A DNA stretch of 63,988 bases, the filler included, from Streblomastix strix (Eukaryota): NCBI GenBank assembly GCA_008636045.1. It is 4 parts of 4 records of this genome, joined end to end, with 100 filler letters (N's around TTAATTAATTAA, not from the genome) between each part and the next. Parts side by side here need not be neighbours in the genome. Positions count along the whole stretch, not along the records: positions 1 to 16,176 come from SNRW01000862.1; 3 more parts are not named here. The stretch is one strand, 5' to 3'. Position numbers and translations under genes: made by a program. Under the pieces are notes generated by a model that had not been told where the DNA came from, did no database searches, and worked only from the letters and a program-made list of their open reading frames with translations. Within the stretch, counting starts at the first letter, position 1; each line of letters opens with the position of its first letter. Shown here piece after piece: positions 1 through 14,055 of the stretch.

Positions 1-683
1 TACAATATTTTAGAAAACTGATATATATCATGGTTAAAAGTAATAAATATTATCAAATATGTTTAAATTATTTTTGGAGCAGAGATATCGCAGAATTTAT
101 GAAAAAAGCGTTCCATTATAAATATAGTTAAAATATTGTATTATACAAGCTAGTTAAATATTAAATGAAGTGAATGTTGAAAAAATGCTATATTTAATAT
201 ATAAATGAAATTGCGAGAGTCAGCGTGTTAATTTTAAGTTGCAGTCCAGTTTTCTCAACATGTTTATGCTAATAAATATATTTTGTAAGCAAAACAAATT
301 AATAATATATAATTATAAAGTTATTAGTGTTTTTAAAGTGTTTGGCAGAAGAGAACTTGTTAAACAAGGAATTTAATGTTCAGTAATTTGCATCAAAATT
401 CTGCAGGATCTACTAATAATTTTGTTGTAATTGTTATTTATTTCAATTTGTTTTTGCATATGAATAAAAATTATATTTAGAATAAGAGAAGTGGTACACT
501 ACCTATAAGAAGAATGATGCGCCAAAAAATTTGATTATGGAATCCATCAATAAACTACATCAATCTAAAATAATTTTTCATTTAAAAATATTAATTTAAT
601 TATTTATATTTATTTAAATACATTTAATACATATTTAATTATTAATTCATTAAAGTGAGTGTTTCAAGCAAAATAAAAAAAAA

Positions 684-785
684 GTTAGATTTCTCGATAA
701 CTTTCAAATTAACGTCTATAAATTTTTATGCCAATTTGCGCGTCTTATATAATAGAATATTATTTTATTAAAAACTCAAAAACGA
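684..785 (+). repeat. Dispersed non-coding repeat, copy 1
   Basis: GATTTCTCGATAACTTTCAAATTAACGTCTATAAA...TTATTAAAA.TC.AAAAA aligns by eye with 31819-31920 on another contig. Confidence 0.6.
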
Positions 786-1311
786 CCCACCGGACATATA
801 ATTGGACTTTTTGGAGAGGTTATTTTTTTTACCCAATAGAAAGAAAAATAAGTCAAGAAAAATTAATTTGATTAAAATCATCTTATTGCACGAGTCTTTA
901 TATTTAAGTCAACATTTTTACATAAATATCTTCGGAAATATCTTTAAAATATGAATTTACTTTTTGTAGTATAAAAAACATTTTTGCAAACCTTCACAAA
1001 AGAATTATCCAAAAAACAAATCAGTGATTAAATAAATATTAACATAAATATGCTATAAAATTTTAATTAATCAACATAAACTAAAAAATCCATATTTTAT
1101 ATACAAATTGCTTACTGACAAATTATATATTTTATAATAAAATATATTTGCCAATTTTACTTTCTCTGGCAAATATTAATCGCATCAAAAATTATATTTC
1201 ATTTTAATTTTAACTAACCCACCATAATTTAGATAAAATAATTATTATTAAATACTTTATTACCTGATTTTATTACTATTTCATTTTCTACTTTTAAAAA
1301 TAGGCAAAAAA

Positions 1312-4013
1312 ATGACCATTGCTAGCCTATAAGAAGATATTAGTCTTATAGATCGAATTAAACTGATCTAGAAAGGGCAATTTGCATCTGATGAGGAAGA
1401 AGATGAGAACCTGAAAAACATACTTTAAATAATTGTGAATGGTATGACTAAAACTCCTGCCTTTATTTTTTCTTTAAATTGTTTTTATCAGAATTTATCA
1501 ACAAGAATAGTATAAATGTGTAACAGTTGGTGAGTGAAAGCAAACTGGATGAAATGTTATTTTCAAAACTTGAGTAATCAGAGAACGAAAATGTTTTAGT
1601 ATTTAAAAATAAATTTATTTTGTTTTAAACATATTTTGTTTTTATGTAGACATGAAGTGTTTCAATACTCAGCGTATTGGGTAAACTTGAGACCATTTAA
1701 TAGATTGCTCGTGTTGCTTAAAAAGAAGGGCGTAAGTACAATGGAGATTTCATGATATTCGGACAGGTTATATATATTATTAATATATTAAATAAAATTT
1801 TACTTTATTATTTAATTTATTTTAATATAATTTTCTAATATAAATGTATTTTATAAATGTTTATTACAATTTATTGTATTAATTTACTAATTTTCAGCAA
1901 TTTCTTGATGAAGATGAGTTAGATTGTATGCTTTAGATGAAGAGAGAAATCATGAAAAATGAAAAATTAGAAATGTTTGAAGAATAGAAAAGATTTGATG
2001 AAACTGAACTAAAAGAGTGTCGCTAACATTCGAGATATCGTATTAGTGCATAAGTTGAAATTAGGAAAAGAGAAAGGCATATCAAGTTTGGATAGAATGA
2101 TATAATATTGAAGAAAAAAGATGAATTATAGAGGAAATAAAGAAGAAAAGATCAATTGAAGATGAAGAAACATGTTATAGATGAAAATGATTAAGAATTT
2201 GAGTTTGAAAATGAGATTTAACTTGAAAATACTATATAATGTGAGGATAAGTTAATAAAATATATTGAGAATTGTTCGAATAATGATGTTGATAATGAAG
2301 AATTATTTCATGAAGAGACGCTAGCTGACTAAATATTGGAGAAATAATAAATAATCATTCAAAAGCAAAAGTTAATTTAAGAAAAGAAATTAACTATTAA
2401 TCATTTAGACGATGAAATAAAGGAAGAAAAGAATATTATATCTGGGATTAAAAATACATTTATAAAGAATAAATTCTTAGAATAGTAACAAATAAGACAT
2501 TAAGAATGGAAAGAAAAAAGAGAGAAAATTGAATAAGTGAAAAATAATAATAAAGAAGAAGTGGATGTATTTGAAAAAGTTAATGATATTAATAATGAGA
2601 AAGAAAAAGAATAAGAAAAAAGTGTTGATAAGACAAAAGAAAAAGAAAAAAAGAAGATTAAATTAATAGAAAAAGAAATTATGATTGAAAAGGAACAAAA
2701 ATAAATAAAAAATGAATTAGAGAAAGAAACAGTCATTAAATAGGAAAACATATAAGTAAAAGAATAACAAAAATAATAAATGAAAAAAGAATAATAAAAG
2801 GAAAAGGAAGACATAAAAGATATTCAAATAGAGAAAGAGAAAAAATACTCACCGAATCTGAAACATATTGAAAAAGATAAGGAAAAAAATTAGAATAAAT
2901 CAAAATCGAAAGAAAAAAATAAAGATAAAGAAAAATAAATAGAAAAGAAAAATTTATTATTAAAACACCATGATGCAACACAGTCTAAAGAAAAACTTAA
3001 TGATCTAACTATTAAATTAACGACAAGTTTGATTAGACATGTAATGGAAAATACCACAACAAAATCTGGCATTGTTGTTCCTAATGGGCGTATTGGAGGT
3101 GTGACATATATGGATATATTTAACATAAACTGTTGTATTATTATATTATGTTTGTATTATAACTTAAATATTCATTATATTAATTATAAATTAAGGCATT
3201 GGAATTATCAAAGATGGAGAAGCAATTTCATCCAATATTAGTTTTGAAGACATGATTAAGATTAAAGGAGTTGTGCTTACAATACCTGAGTATGTTTTTA
3301 TACATTATTTTATTATTATTTATGAATATGAATAAATTTTTCACTTTATATATAATAATAATAATAATAATATCCATTTATGGATATTAAATATAGTTTT
3401 TAGATGTATATGGATGGGAAGAAGATTGGCCCTCGTGAACCTGTTCAAATTTCTACAGATACAACACAAAAATGGTTAACTTTATTTATACACACAAATT
3501 TGCAGGTATATATTTGTATATATTATAATAAATAAAGTTTAATTTATGAATGTGCTTGTTATTCTTGTGATTATTTAAAGAATAAATAATAAATATATAT
3601 AATTGTCATAAATTTCACAATATATTAATTCATACATTTCTCTATTATATCTGAATACAGAATGATGGACCTCGTTCAGCAAGATTCTTTCTTGGATCTG
3701 GGATGAGCATTGAGTTGGACACACGAATAGTGGGGCTTCCTGTTGATCTTACAATTGTAGTATGTTATGTGTATTTGTTTGAATTTGGTGAAATATATAA
3801 TATTTTACATTAATATTTTGATTTTAATTGTATATCACATTTTTTTTATTTGATAATTTAATATTGATTATATTACCTATTTATTTCTGATAATTATTAT
3901 TCCTTTCTGTCATTCAGATCTTTCAATCGGGTAAATTCAACGCTCAAAAGCTGGTTGGACCAGATACATTAGAATAAAGACATAATAACATTATAAATTG
4001 GAAAATTAATTGA
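1312..4013 (+). CDS. Multi-exon hypothetical protein with long E/K-rich coiled-coil middle region and a globular C-terminal domain
   Basis: ATG at 1312 (MTIASLQEDISLIDRIKL..., TAA/TAG=Gln); GT-AG introns, e.g. 1442-1491; last exon IFQSGKFNAQKLVGPDTLEQRHNNIINWKIN ends at TGA 4011-4013. No family recognised. Confidence 0.7.
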
Positions 4014-4615
4014 GAATTAATGAATAAAGAAAAATGAATTATTTAATGAATGATTGATAAACTTTTGGTATGAAATTAAATATGAATAGTAATTGTATAA
4101 AAAAATAGCTAATATAAGTAATTTACACGACATATAACTGTATTGTTTCACGTTTTATATAACTTTTTACTTCAATGCTTTTTTTGTTATTGTTTTATTA
4201 TTTATTTTCTCTTTCTATTTAAATATCACTTTTTCCTTCTCCTTTTTTATTTTCATTATTTAAATTCCTATTAATTTAAATTTTGATAGCATAAAATTCC
4301 AATTCTTCATTAAATGATTAAAAAAACCAATGATTTTTTTAATCAATGATTGAATTTTATATTATTTTTTTAAAAATAATAGGATAAATCATTATTTGAC
4401 TCTTACTTTAATATCTACCTACTTTACCAACTAATTTTTACTTTAATTTTAACTTTTATAGCAAAACTTCATTTAGGTACTTTCTTGAGGCTTTATGTAA
4501 TATTTTCATTTTATTTTCTTATGTGCTAGAGCATTTGTTATCTTTATTTTTCTTTTTTTGGCAATTAAAATGCTCTACTATTTTAATTGTTTTCCTAATT
4601 TGTAACAGTTCTAGA

Positions 4616-5945
4616 TCATTCCTTATGATCTACTGACACTGAATGTAGTTTTATTGCAATTTTTTAATAATATTTAGATTTTATTGTGTTTGATTTATAC
4701 AAATGTTATGTAATTTTATAATAATAATAAAAACATATAAATGAACTTATTCTCTTATTTATGTTTATTTTCTTCACTCTGATTATTGTTAATATTATTA
4801 CTGAAAAAAATAATATCAAATGATTTAAAAATGACATGGTTAAAAGGTTAAATCATAATTATGTGAAATTTGTCTACAATTTTTATTATAATAAATTAAT
4901 TTTCATTTTTTGATCTTTTTTTTATCTTTTTTTTATACACGTTTTTTTGCAGCATTAGAAGTAAGAGAATGAGACCTACTTTTTGATTAAGATTCAGATG
5001 AAGATGAATCTGATGAAAGTGATTAGGATTAAGATAAAGATTAAGATAAAGATTAAGATTTTGATTTTGATTGGCTTTTACTTCTACTTTAACTTTTGTC
5101 TCCTTTCTTCTTCTAATGTTTTGAATGTAAAGAAGAAATTGATGCAGATCTTGAAGAAGATGAAGATGGTGATCTGTGATGATGATAATGTCTAACAAAA
5201 TAATATTAAAAAAAGTATAAATAAAAAATTAATAGAAATAAACCAGAATAAGAATTGAAATCATTAATATATATTAATATTAATATATTAATAAGTTAGT
5301 TAACCTATCGTGGTATCTGTGATGGTGTGTGTGGCTATGATGGTGTTTTCCATATCTGTAATGATGATTTCTACTTCTGCTTCGACTTCTACTTAAACTT
5401 CTACTTCTGCTATAAGATCGACTTCTTCTGCGATGTCTTCAAGTTTAGATTGAAAATTAAATAATAATATGTTATATATAATAAGAAATTGCATTCATAC
5501 GGTGATAATGCATATCTAGATCTATAATATTAATCATTTTAATAAGGACAATCACGCGCTCTATGTCCTTAAAAAAAATAAAATTAAACAATAAAATGTT
5601 TAAATTAGTTTTTATTAATGATGTCCAACCTAATTACTAGCATGTCCAACATTTTTCATTGGCTATATGTTACTAAGCATCCTTCTTCGATCTCCACTAA
5701 TAAAATATGAAATTTAAAAGAATAAATTAATTTAAGCAGCAAACCACAACTGCTAACTCTAGGCCATCAATTTATTTTCCATTCACTTCTTCAATAGCTT
5801 TTTCTGCACTTTTAATATCTGGATAACTAATGAAGGCAAAAGTTCTCTTTACATCAAATTCAGTTAATTATCCAAATTTCTCAAAAATCTTTCTTAATTC
5901 TTGTGAAGAAACTATTGGTGGTATACGGGCAACGAAAATTGACAT
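4616..5945 (-). CDS. SR-family splicing factor (RRM + CCHC zinc knuckle + RS/His-rich tail), SRSF7/RSZ-like
   Basis: MSIFVARIPP...FEKFGQLTEFDVKRTFAFISY...AEKAIEEVNGKQIDG (RRM); CWTCQQLG|HRARDC knuckle split by an intron; RSRSRS repeats at ~5370-5430. The 3' end is uncertain. Confidence 0.85.
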
Positions 5946-6854
5946 GGTTAATATCAAAATGTTTGTATTGGGCTAACAAAGAATAAAAAAATAGATTATT
6001 ATGTGCGCAAAATATGTGGAAATGGCGGGACAAAGCGTTCTCTAAGGAAATTATTTTACATATTTGCTAGATAGATAACTTTGTATTTATAATATGTTTA
6101 GTATGAAATTAAGTGTCCCTTCAATTAAATTTGTATTAAAACTTGCTAAAGTGATATTTGTTATTTGTAGCATTTGTTAGAAGTGATATTATGCGAAAAA
6201 ATTTGAACGAGCAATTAAGAAACGACTATAATTTGAAATATGTATATTTTTGTAAGAATGTTATAAAGTTTATATGCAATTGTTAGCATATATCTATTTA
6301 GAGTACTGTTTTGTTATTCAACAAAGTTTTGCAATATTATTAATAAATATCATATAACAACATTTAAACAATATTGTACTCATCATAAGTTAGAATTTAT
6401 AATATTATGATTGAAAAAACATGCTGGATAATATAAAACCAATATGTCCAATGAATTAATATGTTACCCTGGCGCGCTACGATTACAATGAAATATTTTA
6501 TTTAATTAAGTAATAAATTGTTTATTAATATTTTGTAATATTAATTAATAAACTTACTACAACGAGTTATATGCTAAATATATAATTCCACTAAACAGAC
6601 AGCGAAGAAAAACTAAATTATGTATATAGATGTTATATTGTATAGCAGTTTTGAATACCTTATAACAAAATACATAAAAATAATACAAAATCTGCAAATT
6701 TCAAAATTTACAATATTACAACCAAGAAATCAAATGTGCAAATTTAATTTGTGTTTTCTGCTTTATTCTCAATTGTTTTTTCTTTATTAATTGAATACTG
6801 TAAATAAACATATTTAATATTCATAATTTTTTATAAAAGAGATAATTTAATTCG

Positions 6855-6902
6855 CTATTCTTTATTATTTAGACTATTCTTTATTATTTAGACTATTCTT
6901 TT
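6855..6902 (+). repeat. 19-bp tandem repeat (CTATTCTTTATTATTTAGA, ~2.5 copies) just upstream of ATG 6908
   Basis: Directly visible; each full unit contains a TTTAG acceptor-like site. Confidence 0.8.
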
Positions 6903-6907
6903 AATTA

Positions 6908-9900
6908 ATGGATACCTGGCTTATTGTTGTGCTTGGAGTTATAGGAGTGATATTTATTCTTATAATTTTTGCGTCTGTTTTCTTCTTTATAAGACACAAA
7001 CGCAAATAATCACAAATTAAAAAGCAGAAAGGTGCAATCTCTGAAATACAACCTAAAAGTGGTTTATTTCAGCCAAAAATAAGTAAATCTGGTGCTAATC
7101 GTGTGAATATGAATGATACTGCTCATGCTGTAAGGTTCGTTTAATCTACTTCTCCTGCACCGTTGGCACGTCGAATGGACACGATCGTTATTCCACCAAT
7201 ATCAGTGAAAGGATAAGTTGATAATGCAGCTGCAACTGGATAGTTGTTGGAAAAAGATACTTTATCACGAAATATGATTCTTTAGTGTAATGGCACTTTC
7301 TCAAATATGAAAGTTGATATTAAATTTGACTCACTTCGATTTGCTCTTCACAGAAAGAAAATACTCAATTCTTCACTATTTGATGTGGAAGATGCTATTA
7401 CAGTAGCAATATGTATTGCCAAATCTATAGATTCTATAATTCAGGTTCAGAATGTTAAAAGACATGAAACATTCGCTCTTTTATCTCCATTCACAATTTT
7501 CGTCAAAGGACTTGCTGACATTATTTAGCTGCAGTAACAATCTAAAGACAATCAGTACCCTCATTAAAATTAAATGGCTATAAGCTTAGAATCTATCAAA
7601 ATTCACCCTGAAGATGTTGGCTTACGAGTTAAATGGGATGAGAAAACATCAATGCTAAGCAGAGGGCAGCATTTGCGATGGGCTGCACCAGAATTGGCTC
7701 AACCTGGAGAAGCTAAGAAAATCTATGATGAGGAAAGAGAGATTGAGAAAGAATAATTAAATATATGAGATATTCAGAAATAGAAAATGAGGGAAATGAA
7801 ATAGAAAAACAAATAAGTGAATTATTAGTAGTAAGAATAGCTGTGGATTGAAAGACTGGATTTGATGAATGATCCTCTGTTGCAAAGAGCTGCTTTACTT
7901 GGGAATGAATAAACAGCTGTATTCTCATTAGCTATGGTGTGATGTTATATTTATTAGGATTATGCAGTAATTTTTTGTTAAATTAATCATTATCATTTTA
8001 GATTGTTATTTATTATTATTATTTTCCTATATATAAAATTATTTTTCATTTTATTATAATTTATTTAATTGATCAGATTCTTTCTGAGATGATAACAGGG
8101 AATAAACCATTTGAACAACAAGAGAATCAAACAAATTAATTAAATAAATCGTAATCATTATCAAGATAAAATTCATAATCATAATTGCAATCTCAAATTA
8201 ATTATATTATTTATCCTTCAAACACCATTTCAGCTCAACCTTCTTCCGCTTAATAAGCCATTTAATAATAGTAATCATAATTTGTTGCAGGATCATCTCG
8301 TGCTGCTTATCTTCTTACTTGCAAAGGAAAAAGGCCTTTTATTCCAGTTTCAGATGATGAATATAATTAAGAAAACTAATATAATAGAAATATGGCTGAT
8401 AATATATATAAATAATGGAATCCAAATTCATACATACCTCGTGAGTTGCTTAATCTTATTGTTTGAATATTTATTTAATTATATGGATATTAATAAAATT
8501 TAATTTTTAATACTTATATATATATGAATGTATTTGTTATTATTTTTAATTCATTAAAATATATTTTATAATATTAATAAACAGAAATGGATGTGGCAGC
8601 AAAATCCAGAAGATAGACCTACAATAAGAGATGTAATAGATGAGCTAAATAACATTAAAAAGATAATAACAAAATAAAAGAAAAACAAAAATACACACAA
8701 AAATATTGAAAGAAATATGGAAAATGAAAGAAAATTAGAAAAAGAAAGAGATCTGATAATTGAGATGGAAAGAGAAAGAGATAGAATTAACGATAGAAAA
8801 ATGTAAAAAGAAAAGTAATATGAAAGGGAAAGATTAAGAAGCAAAGAATAAAACTAATAAAGAAATAGAATATAAAGCAGGAAAAATAGTGTTGATCGGA
8901 TTAGAGAAAGAGACATTGGCAGGGGAAAAGAAAATGAAAAAGTAAAATTACATCACAGATCAAAAACTGGATAAGGATATGAACAGTAGAAAATGAAAGA
9001 AAGATAACCTGACTTGAACTTGAAAAATCAGGATAAAAATAGAGAAAGTAGATAACAGAATTACAACTATGATAACTTAAATGTTAATTCTGGTTCAATT
9101 TTTGCTGGAATCAGAGGTGAATAGAAATTTCAGCACTTAACTTCTGATTTAAATACACTAATGTAATAAGTTCGAAATGAAGATATAAAAAATGATTAGT
9201 AACATAGAAAGAAAGAACATAAACACAAAAAGAAAGATAAAGCTAATGAGATCGACAGAATTAATAAAGATGATGAGAAACACCATGACAAAGATAGAGA
9301 GCATAGAAGAAGAAAAGATAAATCAAAATCAAAGAAGAAATCAAAAGCAACAAAAGAAATTAGCAATAAATTATAAGTATCAATGAAAGATGTGAAGAAA
9401 GATAATGATTTTAAAAGAGAGAAAGATATAAAAAGAGATAAATCATAAGATATTATTTAAGATGATAGAATTAAAATAATTAATAAAATAAGCAGAAATA
9501 AAGTTAAAATGGATGAAAAGAAAGACGATCAAAAAGAAAGTGTGAAATTCCCAAGCAGAAACCAAAGCAGAAATTAGAGTAGAAATTATGACTCAATGAG
9601 GCAAGTTTCGTAGTTTGGGGCATTCGACGCACAACTTGGAGATGATATAGTCATGTTTGGCAGTAGGTAAGGGGTATGAAATTAATTTTTATTGATACAT
9701 AAATATATGAGAAAAAGAAAATTTGAAAATTAAATAAGAATTATTTCGAATAATATTATTGTATTTTTCTTATTTCATAATATGTATTTACTTTAGGATG
9801 ATGATCGTGATACATATGCAAGTGCTAGTGGGGGAAGTAAGTTTGTCAAATTGATTTAAAAATATAAAATAATATATATATTTTTAATTTAACAAAAAAT

Positions 9901-10069
9901 ATATTTTATTAATTTTCCAATATATTTCAAATAGTAGAATAAGTGCTTCGAATTAGAGTTTTAATAGGATGATGTAGAGAGTTTAAGTGGATGTGATATG
10001 AAAATAGAAATAAAAAGAAAAAGCAACTATTTAACAGATTATATACTAAGGACTAATAAAGAAAAATGA
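6908..10069 (+). CDS. N-terminally membrane-anchored TKL-like pseudokinase with long charged C-terminal tail
   Basis: Hydrophobic N-terminus (WLIVVLGVIGVIFILIIFASVFFFI) followed by a basic stretch; kinase C-lobe motifs RWAAPEL, VFSLAM|ILSEMITGNKPF and MWQQNPEDRPTIRDVIDEL; no recognisable HRD or DFG; stop TGA 10067-10069. Confidence 0.7.
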
Positions 10070-10614
10070 AAGTGAACAAGAAATTGAGCATAAATTTAGA
10101 GCCTCATGAATTTTTATATTATTTTAATTTAATATTTATTCACATCAATTAATTTTTTTTTTGTATTTAATTGCATTTCATATCTTTTTCCCAAATACCT
10201 AAATATAAATTAATTTTATAAATTATTCAACTTTTTTCCAAAATTAAAACAATAATATTTTAAACTCAAGAATTTTTATCAAATTAGGTAGATTCTTGTA
10301 ATTCCTCCTAAAAATAAAGTTAATTACACCTGAGAAAAAAATATTTCACTAAAAATTCAAATTTGCATACTATATAGTATGATTTATAATAATATCGTTA
10401 AATTTTTTAAAAATAATTTTATGTATTCATATATTTTTAACAACAATTCATTATAATATTTAATATTTAAACTAGAATGCAGCAACTAATATTTAACATC
10501 TCAAATTGAACTTGGAACATTACTTTAGCATCTATTATTATTTTATATCATTATTATATGCATATTTTCATATGTTATAATTAAATATTTTATATATTTT
10601 AAATTAGCTATCAA

Positions 10615-13600
10615 ATGAAGCGAATAAAAGCAATTGTCAGAATAAAGAAAATCGAGGAAAATAAAGCTCTATAATGGAACATTGATTCAACTAAAACGTT
10701 TATATACTCTGTAGAAAACAGAGATATTAATTTTAAATTTAGTTTATTAAATTTGTTATTTAAATCAATTAAATAATCTTCTTCTATGTTTTGCTTTTTA
10801 TTGTATTATTTTAGATCATATTTTTGATGGAAGTTCAACTTAACAAAATATATACAGCTAGATACAACCTTTCATTGAACATTTCATTAATGGTTACAAT
10901 GGTACGGCTTTTTGATAATTTATTAAACTGTTCAATTATTTTTTATTAATATTGGATTATTATTTAGCAACAATTATGGCATATGGGCAAGTTTGTTCTG
11001 ACTTAATTTATTTATATTCTTTTATATATCCAACTTTTAGACAGGAAGTGGAAAAACTTACACAACTTTTGGAGATGTTTATAACCCAGGTATTGTGTGT
11101 CATGCTGTTGATGAAATATTCTAACGTATTAAAGAGGTTTTTATATTAAATTCTTTGAATAAAATTTATCAGTTTTTTTTTTCTTATTAGAATAAAACAA
11201 AAATTTGCTATCTTCAAGCTTGCTGTCTTGAAATATATAATGAAGAGTTAATCGATCTTTTTGACGTAAAAAACAAACTTCAATTACATGAAAGCATGGA
11301 TGGATTCTTTTTTGTAGATAAAATTACAGAATATAAAGTTTAATCCAAAGAAGAGTTAATGAATTTAATTAATGCTGGAAATGGTGTGTTTATTAATTTT
11401 TCATATTTTGCACAATTAAATAATATATATCAAAGGAAATAGGCATATTGAAGCTACTGCTATGAACAACAAAAGCAGCAGATCGCATGCACTATTTAGA
11501 ATTGTTTGATAATCATTTCTAAACATTATTTATAATCCTAGATTTATTTTCATATTTTTAGACATTATTTACTGAATTATCATCAAATTTGTAAAGTGAA
11601 AACGATAAAGAATCAAAAATGATGAAAGATGAATTGTAGCCAAATGTTTCCAAAATAAAATCTGTCTTGGTATTAAATATTAGTTTTTTATCAAATATAT
11701 TTTTCTTTATTTTTTATTTATATTCATTTATATTTTACTATATAATAGTATTTTGTAGACTTGGCAGGATCTGAGCGTATAGGTCAAACAAAAACTGAAG
11801 GAATTACTTAGAAAGAAGGGTGTAATATCAATTTATCACTTCTAACATTAGGAAAAGTTATAAATGCCCTTTCGGCAAATTCAAAGAGAGAAGAAAAATA
11901 ACTTGATAATAACATAAATGAAAATAATAACATTGATTTTGTTAATAATAATGGTTAATCAGTAAATTACTTTGATCATGTTCCTTTCAGAGAATCAAAG
12001 TTAACGAAAATTTTAAAAGAAAACTTATAAGGGAAATCACAAACTTGTATAATCTGCTGCATCAACCCATTAAAAACTGACTATGAAACTAGTAAGAATT
12101 CATTATAATTTGCATAGACTGCCCAATAAGTGCACACATTTGCCAAGATCAACAAAGTAATCGATGATAAAACTAAAATTGATCAATTACAATAAGAGAA
12201 TTAATATCTCAAGAAACTTATATAGTAGATAAAAAGTACAGATAATTCAAATAAAGAATTGATATAAAATCCAAATCATCGAAATTTGCAGAATAATGGA
12301 ATTCAAATTTCTAGAAATGCGTAGAACTCTACATCAAGACCTAGTGCAACGTTTAATTCAAATTTCTTTGGATAAGGATTTGGATAAAAAAGTTGCATTC
12401 CTAAGAAAAGAAATATTTCAATTTGGAGAATGGAAAATAATTCAGAATGTGAAAATTTTGATGAAAAAGAATTTAATATTTTTTAAAAACAATAAACATA
12501 ATAAGAATAGAGATGTGTTGAATAATAAGGTCCAAGAAGGGCTTATATGTGATAGGATGGAAAAGATAATAGACCTGAACCAATGCATCATACTAATAAT
12601 GAAGAAAATTTTGATTTTGATTCTTTGAAATTGAAGGAAATTACTGTAAAAGCATTGAATGGAATAAGTGTTGAATGATCAATGAATTATTTTGTTGAAT
12701 AGCGAATAAAAGAGTTGGAATTATAACTTGAAAAAGAATAAAGAAATAAAGAATTTATGAAGATATAAATTGAATAAGAATAAAAATAAAGCATTATAAA
12801 TAATGAGTAATTAAATTGTGTTTAAATTTCCCTAAATGAATAAAGAAGGAAGGAAGTTGATTAATAAGCATAAATGATTAATGAAAGTTAATAATATATT
12901 TGTGAAGCATAAGCAACTAAAGAATTAATGCTCACATAATAAATAAATAATCTAACTTCATAATATGAAAAATTAATTGAATATAAATAGAAAATTGAGT
13001 CAGAATTGGAAATTGTTCGCGATGATTTTGAGAAATAAGGGATGTAATTAGTTGATACATTACAAAAATTGAAAGATAAATCATAAGAAAATGAAAATAA
13101 TATAACTAAATTACAAATGTCTGAATTTTAACTACAGGGAGTAAAGCTAAATTCTGTTTAAATGGAATAAAAAATTGATATTTTATAACAGGAGCTTAAG
13201 AATGCATAGATGGAATTGAAATAAGTTGTAGAATTGCAATAATAGAATCAGATAAATATAAAATAATAAATTGATGATTTCAAATAAACTTATGAATAAA
13301 ATGTGAAACTTATGTCTGAAGAAATGAAAAAGGTAGTTTTTGGTGCTATTGATGTTGCGTAAAAGAAAGTTTTGGAATTAAGCGAAGAAAAACGAGCAAT
13401 AGAAGAATTGATTATAAATACAACTAGAGAATTAGATGTGGTTAAAGGTGAGAACTAGAAAAAGCAAGATATAATAAATTAAATTCAATAGAATGTTAAT
13501 TAATTAAAAAATAAATAAATAATAGAAAATATAAAGGATGCTTCCGAAGACAATTGCACTCTTAATAATAATTCAAAATAAGTGCCTAAATTTAAATAAT

Positions 13601-13821
13601 TATTTGAGACTCAGGAAAAGGAAACAAATGAAACGTAATATACCCTTTCAGAGAAAATTAAACACATTTAGAGATTAGAAATGATATTATAAATTAACTA
13701 ATAATAACAACAAGAAGAGAACGGATATCAAAATATCAAATATAAATCAACTCGCAAGCCAATTTCATTATGTAATGATGTTTCAATTACCTAATCTTTC
13801 AATTGGAACATTAATCAGTGA
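10615..13821 (+). CDS. Kinesin with N-terminal motor and coiled-coil tail, most like kinesin-7 (CENP-E)
   Basis: P-loop YGQ|TGSGKTYT, LEIYNEELIDL, switch I NNKSSRSH, switch II DLAGSER, EGCNINLSLLTLGKVINAL, HVPFRESKLTKILK; several introns; TGA 13819-13821. Subfamily assignment is tentative. Confidence 0.92.
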
Positions 13822-14055
13822 TAATCAAATAAAAATTCGCAAAGATAAAGTTGATTGATAAGTATAACATGATTTTAAATTAATGATTTCTATAATATTC
13901 CTTATCAATTATGTTTGTTTTTCTCCTAAAGTAATAATATTATTCAATAAAATAAAATATGTTAATTCTTTTAAAAAAAAAACTCATTGGTTATTTATTA
14001 TTGGTGGAAATTGAACACTATTTGCTTTTCAAATTTAATAAGCAGTCTTCAACAT

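Noticed and set aside
2500..3126. Phe/Ser-rich minus-strand ORFs resembling membrane proteins (also 8566-8844, 36304-36789, 39168-39688, 45028-45660)
   Set aside because: Antisense shadows of E/K-rich plus-strand exons that the standard code breaks at TAA/TAG.
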